Source: Gemmatimonadales bacterium | GTDB lineage: Bacteria > Gemmatimonadota > Gemmatimonadetes > Longimicrobiales > Gaopeijiaceae | DNA length: 64,000 bases | Assembly (NCBI GenBank): GCA_020344755.1 | Contig: CP070829.1 | Span: forward strand, 472,973 to 536,972 | Direction: 5' to 3' | Shown here: positions 9,849 to 18,088 of the stretch, piece by piece | Numbering within the stretch: position 1 is the stretch's first letter | Layout of the letters: each line of letters begins with the position of its first letter | Position numbers and translations under genes: made by a program | The notes under the pieces: generated by a model | The model's input: only the letters and a program-made list of their open reading frames with translations | What the model was told of the DNA's origin: nothing | The model's database searches: none

Positions 9849-11129
9849 TTAGATTGTCCGCAGCCCCTCGTAGTGCTCCACGAGAGCGTCGCGCAGCACC
9901 TCCTCGAACGCCAAGAGCTCGAACCCGAGCTGGTCCGCCAGCGACTCGGCGAAGCGGCCTCGATGAAAGCAGCGTGCGAAGATGAGTGCCTCGGGCTCCC
10001 GAGCGCGCAACAGCATGGCCGCCCGGAAGTTGACCACCTCGGCGGAGGAGGAGAGCAGGTATACGGGATCGCCGTCCAGACCCGAAAGCTCGTCCCGCAC
10101 GCGAGCCCAGGTTCCCGGATCCTCCAGGTCGCCATCCACGGTGGAGTGGGCCAGGGTGTCCAGGGGGACGTCCGCTTCGAACTGCCGGATCTTCTGTTCC
10201 GCCTCCGCGTCCACGACCAGGATCCGCTCGATCTCGTCTCCCGCGGTGACGCGCAGGAGTTCCAGGATCGTCTGCGCGAATCGGCCGAACCCTCCGAGGA
10301 CGACCACGTCGCGGTATTCCGTTTCCTCGAAGTGTGGATGCAGGAAGCGCTCGTAGAGGTGGAGCGCACCGATGCGGTGGGTGTTGAAGACCAGAGGCTG
10401 GGATCGTCCCGACTTCGCCGCACGGGCCTTCTCGCGGACCATCCGGTTGACGGGCCGCAATAGGCTCAGGTCCGCCACGTGCACCGCGACGGGAAGGGTG
10501 GGACAGCGCTCGGTCGCGCCCCATCCCACGTCGAGGTTCACGAGATCGTCGTCGGTGACGACGATCATCCGCTCCGCCCTCTCCATCCCCAACAGACCGA
10601 GAGTCGCGGGGCGTCGGGCATCTGCGTGCAGGACCTGGACGCCGCCGAAGCGGTCCACCTCGCTCGTGTTGACCAGGCTCTGGAGATGATCCACCAGGAG
10701 CACGGGCGTATCCGGCTCCACTGCGCGGATCGCCTTGAGGTAGGCCAGGCCCACGGGTCCGGCCCCCACCAGGATCACGTGGTCCTGCAGGCTGCTGGCG
10801 TCCCGGGTCTTCGGCCGAAGAAGCCGCAGAACTGCCTCCAGGACCGCGGTGGTGGTGATGGCCGGCGCCAGAAAGTAGGCAACCCACAGGGCTGCGCGGG
10901 CCCAGACCGTCCCCCCGCTCGGGGCACCCAGGTCCAACCCGCCGAATACGAACAAGCCCGCCGCATAGTAGATCCAGGCCAGAATCGGCTCGTCCACAAG
11001 GCTCGCGATGCCGGTGGTCCCCACACCGCTCGCGATGGAGCCCAGCGTCAGCAGGAAGACGAGGATGACCCCCGCCATGCGTACGACGTTCCCGGTCGAT
11101 ACCGGCCGGGTCCGGCGTGGCGTGGTCAT
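9849..11129 (-). CDS. Two-TM channel-like protein with tandem RCK/TrkA-N domains
   Basis: ATG overlaps the upstream stop (ATGA). TM, pore-like WIYYAAGLFVFGGLDLG, TM; HVILVGAGPVG (GxGxxG); second domain VVVLGGFGRFAQ. Confidence 0.72.
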   Translation of the reverse strand: MTTPRRTRPVSTGNVVRMAGVILVFLLTLGSIASGVGTTGIASLVDEPILAWIYYAAGLFVFGGLDLGAPSGGTVWARAALWVAYFLAPAITTTAVLEAVLRLLRPKTRDASSLQDHVILVGAGPVGLAYLKAIRAVEPDTPVLLVDHLQSLVNTSEVDRFGGVQVLHADARRPATLGLLGMERAERMIVVTDDDLVNLDVGWGATERCPTLPVAVHVADLSLLRPVNRMVREKARAAKSGRSQPLVFNTHRIGALHLYERFLHPHFEETEYRDVVVLGGFGRFAQTILELLRVTAGDEIERILVVDAEAEQKIRQFEADVPLDTLAHSTVDGDLEDPGTWARVRDELSGLDGDPVYLLSSSAEVVNFRAAMLLRAREPEALIFARCFHRGRFAESLADQLGFELLAFEEVLRDALVEHYEGLRTI

Positions 11130-12055
11130 TCCTCCGGGCCCGCTTCGCCGCCGGGGCCACTCCGGGTAGACCGAAGGAGCTCCCGGACCCGATCCCGGTG
11201 CTCGCGCCGGACCCCGGCGATGAAGGGCCCCCTGTGACCCACGGGATCGATGGGGTGGCCGGCGAGGTCCACCACCTCCCCTCCGGCACCTCGAACCACG
11301 AGAAGTCCCGCCGCGAGATCCCACGGTGCCGCCTCCGCCGCCTCCCAGAGGTTGACGTAGGTGAAGTGGCCGCGGGCAGCCCCCAGCAGCGCCCACGACG
11401 GCGAACCACCGGGAGCCCGAACCATCCGGACCCGCTTTTCCCTCCACCCCTCCATCAGGGTGTCCAGGGCGTGCCCCGCGTGTCGGGCGGGATGGACGTT
11501 CACCAATACCGGCGACGCTTCGCCCGCGGCCTGGGGAAGATCCACGCCCTGGTGACCCTCGCCGAAGACGTCCAGACGAAGGAGCCGGCTCCTTTCGCCG
11601 GTGACGGCATAGCCAACCTCGCCCGTCAGTGGGCTCGCGATGAGCCCGATCCGGGGCTCGCCGTCTTCAAAGATGGTCATCACGCTGGCGAAGGTCTCCG
11701 TGTGACCGAGGTAGGCGTAGGTGCCATCGATGGGGTCGAGGACGACCGTCCATCCGGCCTCTTCCAGGCTTCCCCCGGTCTCCTCTCCCAGGAACGAGGC
11801 CCCCGGTGCGAAGTCCTTCAGCGCCCGGCGCACCAGGGCTTCGATCTCGGATTCCAGCACCGTGGTGGGGGATCCATCCGCCTTCACCTTGGAGACCGCC
11901 GCGTGCTCCGCCAGAAGTCGGATCCTCCCCGCCACCGACAGCAGGGCCTGCAACCCGAACTGCACCCAGGAATCGTCATCCAGGCTCCCCGGGGGCATGG
12001 ACTCTCCCGTCCGCGCCCGGGCCAGCGCATCTCGCTCCCGAAGCTGCAGGCTCAT
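11126..12055 (-). CDS. Inositol monophosphatase (FIG) family phosphatase
   Basis: FLGEE, VLDPIDGT and WDLAAG motifs; start 5 nt after the upstream stop. Confidence 0.88.
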   Translation of the reverse strand: MSLQLRERDALARARTGESMPPGSLDDDSWVQFGLQALLSVAGRIRLLAEHAAVSKVKADGSPTTVLESEIEALVRRALKDFAPGASFLGEETGGSLEEAGWTVVLDPIDGTYAYLGHTETFASVMTIFEDGEPRIGLIASPLTGEVGYAVTGERSRLLRLDVFGEGHQGVDLPQAAGEASPVLVNVHPARHAGHALDTLMEGWREKRVRMVRAPGGSPSWALLGAARGHFTYVNLWEAAEAAPWDLAAGLLVVRGAGGEVVDLAGHPIDPVGHRGPFIAGVRREHRDRVRELLRSTRSGPGGEAGPEE

Positions 12056-12060
12056 GGAGC

Positions 12061-14631
12061 TCACCCGGTCCTCGAGAGGAGGCGCTCGGCCACGTCGCCG
12101 GCGACCCGCCCTTCGTCGAGGGCCCGGGTCAGCCCCCGCTGGACCGCCTCGGCCTGGCCCGGAGGGATGCGGTTCAGCGTGGACGCATCCAGGGTCCACC
12201 ATTCCAGCTCCTCGAAATCACCCACGGGCTCGAAGAGATCCGGCACGGTCTCCTCCTCGCCGTCGAGAAGGTACTCCCGTACTTCGACCCAGGCGTGATC
12301 CGTCTGTCGCGGGTCGTAGGCATAGCCCTCATGGAGGTGTTCGATGCGACCACGTGGCCGCCACCCTGTCTCCCGCTCCATGACCCGCACGAGGCCCTGG
12401 TCGGAATCCTCGTCCGGAAGAAGGAATCCCTTCGGCAGTTCCAGCAGTGTCTCTCCCTCCCTGGAGCCCAGGAGGATCTCCAGGTCGCCGGTGACGGCAC
12501 TGGTCCGGAACACGACGCCCAACACCGAGGCATTGGCCCCCCAGAGGCCCAGGAGCCCTCGACCCGCCAGGCCGGTACGGCCCCTGGGGTTGAGGGGCCG
12601 GCCCTCCTCGTCGCGGAATCGCGCCGGTCGCTCCTTCAGCTCCCCCGGGTCCATCTCTTCCGGATCCGCCCACCCCGCGGGGTCCCGGTCCCGGCCCGCC
12701 GCCACCACCGAGGAATCCACGTGGTAGGGCGGGTCGTACCCTTCGCAGTCCAGGACCCAGAGCGACTCGTCGATGGAGATCCGTTGCCGGGGTGGGTAGG
12801 TGGCAGGCCGCTCGGCCCGGATCTTCAGGTGGAAGTCGTCCGCCACGAGGTTCAGGGCGATGGACTCGCACGACGAGAGGGCATAGGCCAACTGGGTCTC
12901 ATCGCACTCCCCGCGATCCCTGCGCTTGTCGAAGCTCAGCGTGTGCATGGCGTACCGCAGCAGCGCGACCCGGTACACGAGCCACTCGTCCTCCGCCTTC
13001 AGGGAGAAGCACTTCTGTCGAATGAGCCGGACCGTCGACAGGATCTTCCGGAAGCGCAGATCCCACTTGGCGAACTTCAGGGACTCGGGCAGCTCGTCGG
13101 CCGCCGCCGGAATCCGTTGATTCTGGAGGTACTCCTCGAATGCGCTCAGGCGGGGCAGGTCCTCCGGGTCGAAGGCCTTGCTCATGACGAACTTCACGTC
13201 GTTCTCGAGCTTGGCGAAATCCAGCTCCACGGGATGAACCGCGCTGTGGGTCCAGTCGATGAACCACACGTTGTCCCCGTCGTCGCAGATCACGTTGGCG
13301 AAGTTGAGGTCGCCATGCTGCAGGCATACCTCCGCAGGGATGGAGTCGGGGTTCCGTGCGACCAGCCGGATGACACTCGCCAACTGATCCAGGTCCACGT
13401 GCTCTTCCGTGAACCCGGACTCGGCCAGGTATCGGTGAATCAGGGTGCCGTTCTCCCGTAGCCAGACGAGCTGCTGCTCCGATTGAAGGCCCAGAGCACG
13501 AAACGGAGCGACCTGGCTTCTCTCCAGGGTGTTCTCGTAGAGCCGGCCGACCAGCAGGTCCAGGGATTTCTCGAATCGAATGAGAAAGTGCCGGATCGCG
13601 GCCTCGCTGTCTGCTTCCTCGAAGTGGTCCTGTAGGGTCACCGGCCGGCCCTCCATGGCGGCCAGCTCCATCCCCACCCCCAGGAGGTCCCCTTCGACCA
13701 CCGGGTAGCCGAAGGTGGGCACGTGCTTCCCGAGGAAGTCCTTGACCTGGTGGTATCCGTCCAGCTCGCGCCGCATCTGGGAGAAGTCGTCGATCTTGAT
13801 GACCATGGGCTCGGTGCGAGCCTCCCCCTTCCATCCATCCGCCAGGAAGAGCAGGCTGCCGCTGAAGCCACCGGCCAGGGCGCGGAGATGGGTCCGGGTC
13901 CAGTGCATGCAGATGAGCTGGACGATGCGCTGGGCATCCGGAGACATGCGCCCGCGGGCCTCCTCCGGTTCGATCCGGCAGGGCTGCCCGCTGGACGGGT
14001 CCACGTGGTTGGGATCGACCCCCGCCCACCGCGCTGCGGACTCCAGGTCCAGCACCACCTCCACCCCGGAACGGGGGAGATTGTGGCGCAGGGTGGCGAA
14101 GTGAGCCTCGGACGTGGCACTGCCCACCAGGTGGGGACAGACCGCCACACGCTCGAAACCGAGGACGGTGCGAAGGAACATGGCGATGGTCTGCACACGC
14201 TTCTCCGTGTGGCACCCCACCACCAGGAACTCCACGTCCGCCGATCCGGAACGCACCGTTTCCGCATCCACTGAAGCCGCACTCGCAATCGCCTCGATCA
14301 GCTCTCTCCAGGCGATCCGACCACGAGGGCAGGGAACCACGGCGGCTCCGGCCAGGAGGTCCTCCAGAGGCTCGACCCATTCGGCGAGCATTCCCTCGCC
14401 GGCGGATTCCTCCCCGCCTGCAACGGGATCCTCACGCAGGAGGATCACGCCGGCTCCGGTGGCATCCACCGCGGCTCGGAGCAGCTTCGGGAGCGGACCC
14501 TCGCCGTAGCGTCGCCCCCGCCCCATCAACCGGGCGATCTCTCCGGCTCCCAGGTTCGACGGGATGCCGTGGAATTGCCTCTCGGGGCTCAGGGCTCCCC
14601 GGACCAGGCTGTCTGCGATCACGATGTTCAT
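12061..14631 (-). CDS. Three-domain protein: isochorismatase-like / APH-type kinase / NUDT9-like ADP-ribose pyrophosphatase domain
   Basis: IVIAD and FLVVGCHTEKRV (cysteine-hydrolase-like); GGFSGS, VIKID, HGDLNFANV, WFIDW (kinase); YDPPY, WADP, NPRGRTGLAGRGLLGLWG, GYAYDPRQTDHAWVE (NUDT9 signature). Confidence 0.8.
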   Translation of the reverse strand: MNIVIADSLVRGALSPERQFHGIPSNLGAGEIARLMGRGRRYGEGPLPKLLRAAVDATGAGVILLREDPVAGGEESAGEGMLAEWVEPLEDLLAGAAVVPCPRGRIAWRELIEAIASAASVDAETVRSGSADVEFLVVGCHTEKRVQTIAMFLRTVLGFERVAVCPHLVGSATSEAHFATLRHNLPRSGVEVVLDLESAARWAGVDPNHVDPSSGQPCRIEPEEARGRMSPDAQRIVQLICMHWTRTHLRALAGGFSGSLLFLADGWKGEARTEPMVIKIDDFSQMRRELDGYHQVKDFLGKHVPTFGYPVVEGDLLGVGMELAAMEGRPVTLQDHFEEADSEAAIRHFLIRFEKSLDLLVGRLYENTLERSQVAPFRALGLQSEQQLVWLRENGTLIHRYLAESGFTEEHVDLDQLASVIRLVARNPDSIPAEVCLQHGDLNFANVICDDGDNVWFIDWTHSAVHPVELDFAKLENDVKFVMSKAFDPEDLPRLSAFEEYLQNQRIPAAADELPESLKFAKWDLRFRKILSTVRLIRQKCFSLKAEDEWLVYRVALLRYAMHTLSFDKRRDRGECDETQLAYALSSCESIALNLVADDFHLKIRAERPATYPPRQRISIDESLWVLDCEGYDPPYHVDSSVVAAGRDRDPAGWADPEEMDPGELKERPARFRDEEGRPLNPRGRTGLAGRGLLGLWGANASVLGVVFRTSAVTGDLEILLGSREGETLLELPKGFLLPDEDSDQGLVRVMERETGWRPRGRIEHLHEGYAYDPRQTDHAWVEVREYLLDGEEETVPDLFEPVGDFEELEWWTLDASTLNRIPPGQAEAVQRGLTRALDEGRVAGDVAERLLSRTG

Positions 14632-14640
14632 GGACGATCC

Positions 14641-16053
14641 CTAGAGAATGCAACCGGCGGAGACCAGCTCTTCGAGCTTGGCCGACTTGGTCGAGGCGAC
14701 CTCCTTGAGCACCCCGCGGAATTCCGGATAGTCCCCACGAAGCCGTTCGAAGTCGCCGGTGGACAGAAAGAAGACGTCGCTGTGCGTCGTGGCCTGCACC
14801 GAGCCGGTGCGTCGTTCGCCCAGCAGGAGCGACAGGTCTCCGAAATAGTCCCCGGCCTCGAGTCCGCCCAGGTGGCGGGCGCCTCCCTCCATGGTGATGG
14901 TCAGCTTCCCGCTGCTCACGAAATAGACGCCCGTGGCCACCTCCCCCTCCCGAACCACGAAGCTCCCGGGGACGAAGACCAGGGGTTGGAGCGACATGAG
15001 CAGAGCGTTTCGCAGGGCGGGCTCGGCGTGGCGGAAGAGGGGCACCTTCTCGATGAGCTCCCGCGTGAGATGGAAGACGACCTCGAGCCGGATGGGGTCC
15101 GGCAGGTCACGCAGGAACTGCTGGGTGCTCGACCCGCGATATCGCTCCCAGATGTACTCGTAGTAGTCCCGGATCTGACGCTGGAGAGGTTCAGGAAGGG
15201 CGCGGCTGCGCAAGTACTGGCTGACTCCGTCCGCCCGGTCCCAGAAGGCCGTCTTCGCTGCGTCGATGGAGCTCACCAGGGAGGCGATGCTCCCGATGAT
15301 GAGCGCGTACATGGAGGCCCCCAGCACCATCACCAGGATGGTGAAGGCATACTCCGCATTCCGCGTCGGCACGATGTCGCCGAAGCCCACCGTGGTGGTG
15401 GTGACGAAACCCCAGTAGAGGGAGCGCAGGTACTGGCTCCCCCGGTCCAACCCGTCGATCCCCGCTGCCACGGTCCAGGAGTCCCGGGGGAATCCTTCCA
15501 CCACCGCCACGAGGAACCACCCGCACGCGATCCAGTGGATCAGCAGGAACACGCCGATCACCAGCTTGCTGATCCTCAGGTAGCCCGTGTTGGTGCTGTG
15601 CAGGCGCTCCCACTGGCGGAACGCGCGGAGGAGGCGTTGGAGCCGAAGGAGCCGGGTCGTACGGAGCAGGAGCACCACCGGCACCCCCGCCACCGCGGCG
15701 CTCGACATCAGGAAGAGGGCATCCAACGGGACGACCCCAAGAAGGTCGGCGGAGAACCCGGACCGACGGTATCGGCGGACCACGGCCGCCGATTCGGTGA
15801 CCTCGCTGCCTCCCGCGCGAAAGGTCGTCCGGAAGTTCAGGAAGATGTCCGCAACGAAGAGGACATCCAGGAGGTACACGAGAAGGCTACCGCCGAGATC
15901 GACCTCCCGCACGAAGACGATCTGGAAGGGGACCACCAGCCCCGTCACCACCACGGCCAGGACGATGACGAGGTCCCACGCCGTTCTGAAGGTCGAGCGT
16001 TCCGGGATCAGGGGCACCGGCGGAGGGATGGCTTGGGCAGCCGCTCCGCTCAA
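14641..16053 (-). CDS. 6TM voltage-sensor K+ channel with C-linker and cyclic-nucleotide-binding domain
   Basis: TTG start overlapping the rsbV stop (TTGA) with a GGAGGG RBS; S4 LLRTTRLLRLQRLLR; filter TTVGFGDIVP; CNBD GDYFGDLSLL...RTGSV. Confidence 0.9.
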   Translation of the reverse strand: MSGAAAQAIPPPVPLIPERSTFRTAWDLVIVLAVVVTGLVVPFQIVFVREVDLGGSLLVYLLDVLFVADIFLNFRTTFRAGGSEVTESAAVVRRYRRSGFSADLLGVVPLDALFLMSSAAVAGVPVVLLLRTTRLLRLQRLLRAFRQWERLHSTNTGYLRISKLVIGVFLLIHWIACGWFLVAVVEGFPRDSWTVAAGIDGLDRGSQYLRSLYWGFVTTTTVGFGDIVPTRNAEYAFTILVMVLGASMYALIIGSIASLVSSIDAAKTAFWDRADGVSQYLRSRALPEPLQRQIRDYYEYIWERYRGSSTQQFLRDLPDPIRLEVVFHLTRELIEKVPLFRHAEPALRNALLMSLQPLVFVPGSFVVREGEVATGVYFVSSGKLTITMEGGARHLGGLEAGDYFGDLSLLLGERRTGSVQATTHSDVFFLSTGDFERLRGDYPEFRGVLKEVASTKSAKLEELVSAGCIL

Positions 16054-16382
16054 AAGCCCTCCAGCGCCTCGGCTTCGGACGGGAAGACCGCGAAGATGGT
16101 ACTGAAGCCGGAGATCTCGAAGACCTCGGCCACCGTCTCGTTCAGCCCGCACAGCCGCAGGTTGCCGCCTCCGCCGCGCAACTTCTTCGCCGTGGCCAGG
16201 AGGACCCGAAGGCCGGCGCTGGAGATGTAGTCCAGGTCGGAGAAGTCCACCAGGACCTTCACGGTTCCGGCCCCTATCAGGTCGTCGAGGGCCTCCTGCG
16301 CTTCGGGGGCCGTATTGGTGTCGAGATTGCCCTCGAACCGGACCACGGCGACACCGTCCTGCTCATCGTGTGAGATCTTCAC
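16050..16382 (-). CDS. rsbV: STAS-domain anti-sigma factor antagonist (RsbV/SpoIIAA-like)
   Basis: EGNLDTNTAP, VDFSDLDYISSAGLRVLL with the phospho-Ser retained, EVFEISGF. Confidence 0.88.
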   Translation of the reverse strand: MKISHDEQDGVAVVRFEGNLDTNTAPEAQEALDDLIGAGTVKVLVDFSDLDYISSAGLRVLLATAKKLRGGGGNLRLCGLNETVAEVFEISGFSTIFAVFPSEAEALEGF

Positions 16383-18088
16383 GTCTGCTCCTCGGTTGGT
16401 TCATTCGCCCCACCTTCGTGAGACAGGTACTTGACCAGCACGACCACATTCCGGTCGGTGCGCCGGGTATACGACGCCTCGTCCATGAGATTCTGGACCA
16501 GGTGGATTCCGAGTCCACCGATCTCGCGCTCTTCCAGCTCGAGCGCAGTGTCGGGCGAACTGCGGCCAAATGGATTGAAGGGATGCCCGTCGTCACTGAT
16601 GCGCACCGCGAGGCGATCGGGCGACAACTCGACTCGCACCTCGATGAGGTGCTCGGCCTCATCCTTGTAGGCATAGGAGATGACGTTGTTGAGGAGATCG
16701 TCGAAGACCAGCTTCATGCTACGGCGGACCTTCTCGGGCATTCCGTAGGCTGAAGCGAACTCGTCGAACGACCGGTTCACTCTCTCGATTTCCTCATACC
16801 GGTTCCCGACTTCGAGCTCCAGGACGTGCATCCCGGCAGCCCCACCCTCCCGGCCGGTGAACTGGACAGCCAGCACCGTCACGTCATCCGCCTGCTCCGC
16901 CTCGGCCTGGAACTTCCAGACGTCCTCGGTGGAGGCGGCCACGAGCTCTTCTACGGAGCCGTAGGCACGCGCTTCCAGGACGCGCACCAGGCGATCTTCC
17001 TCGTACAATGCCCCCGCGGGATCCATGGCCTCCGTGACGCCGTCCGTGTAGACGAAGAGGAAATCGCCGGACTGCAGCGACTCGGCGTCCTCCCCGTAGA
17101 CCAGTCCGTCCACGGCTCCCACCACGGGCCCGTGCCGAATCGCCAATCGTACCACCTCACCCGACGCGCGTCGCAGGTAGGGTGGATTGTGGCCGGCGTT
17201 GCAGTACGACAACTCGCCCGTCGTCACGTCCAGGATCCCCAGCCACAAGGTCACGAACATGGCCGAGTCGTTGTTCTCGGAGATCTCGTCGTTGACGTGC
17301 GTGAGGATGCTTGCCGGAGAGAAGTCGTTGGTCGCCCTGGACTTGATGAGGGTCTTCGTGACGGCCATGAAGAGGGCCGCCGGCACTCCCTTTCCGGACA
17401 CGTCTCCCACACAGAAGCAGAAGCGGTCCTCGTCGATGAGGAAGAAGTCGTAGAAGTCCCCGCCCACCTCGCGGGCAGGCTCCAGCGTGGCGAAGACGGT
17501 GAATTCGTTGCGGTGGGGGAAGGGGGGGAACTTCAGCGGGAGCATACTCATCTGAATGTCCCGGCCGATGTTCAGCTCGCTTTCCATCCGCTCCTTCGCC
17601 GTCGTCGTGCGACGCAGGTTGTCGAAGGATTCCTGAAGTTCCTGGTTCTTGACCGTGAGCTCCCGCATCAGGGCGTCGCGCCCCTTCTCTTCCACGGCGT
17701 CCCGCAGCTCGCGCTGACGGTGCGACTGCCTCGCCTGCGCCTCGATGTGGGGAAGGTGAAGGCTCATCCGGACGCTGGGCTCCCCGTCGACGCGCACGAT
17801 GTGCACGGCATCGAAGAATGCCTCTGCCACGGAGTGGTCCATTCGCCCACCCACGCCCACCAGGTCCAGCACGAACTCCGGTTCGGTCCCGTCCAGGCTC
17901 AGGTGCACGTCGATGCGACCGACCTGCTCGATGCGGTTGGCCGCCCTGAAAAGCTCGGAGGTGACGGCCGCGATCCGCGTGGCGAGCATCGGATCGCTGG
18001 TCAGGTCCTGCAGGAGCCTTCGGATCTTGCCCCGTGCCTCGGGAACCGAGCCCTCGGCTCCACCCAGGATCGTCCCGAGATCGATCAC
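16379..18088 (-). CDS. SpoIIE/PP2C phosphatase (RsbU-like) fused to a C-terminal HATPase (RsbW-like)
   Basis: ESELNIGRDIQMSMLP, VGGDFYDF, GDVSGKGVPAALFM, YTDGVTEA, DDVT; then NVISYAY, DDGHPFNP, GGLGIHLV. Confidence 0.9.
   Translation of the reverse strand: MIDLGTILGGAEGSVPEARGKIRRLLQDLTSDPMLATRIAAVTSELFRAANRIEQVGRIDVHLSLDGTEPEFVLDLVGVGGRMDHSVAEAFFDAVHIVRVDGEPSVRMSLHLPHIEAQARQSHRQRELRDAVEEKGRDALMRELTVKNQELQESFDNLRRTTTAKERMESELNIGRDIQMSMLPLKFPPFPHRNEFTVFATLEPAREVGGDFYDFFLIDEDRFCFCVGDVSGKGVPAALFMAVTKTLIKSRATNDFSPASILTHVNDEISENNDSAMFVTLWLGILDVTTGELSYCNAGHNPPYLRRASGEVVRLAIRHGPVVGAVDGLVYGEDAESLQSGDFLFVYTDGVTEAMDPAGALYEEDRLVRVLEARAYGSVEELVAASTEDVWKFQAEAEQADDVTVLAVQFTGREGGAAGMHVLELEVGNRYEEIERVNRSFDEFASAYGMPEKVRRSMKLVFDDLLNNVISYAYKDEAEHLIEVRVELSPDRLAVRISDDGHPFNPFGRSSPDTALELEEREIGGLGIHLVQNLMDEASYTRRTDRNVVVLVKYLSHEGGANEPTEEQT

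Noticed and set aside
6484-11409. 1641-aa minus-strand ORF and other long antisense or alternative-frame ORFs (e.g. 1062-3221, 31860-34865, 45356-47869)
   Set aside because: Shadow ORFs typical of high-GC DNA. They lie opposite well-supported genes, are rich in Arg/Gly/Pro/His and have no family motifs.
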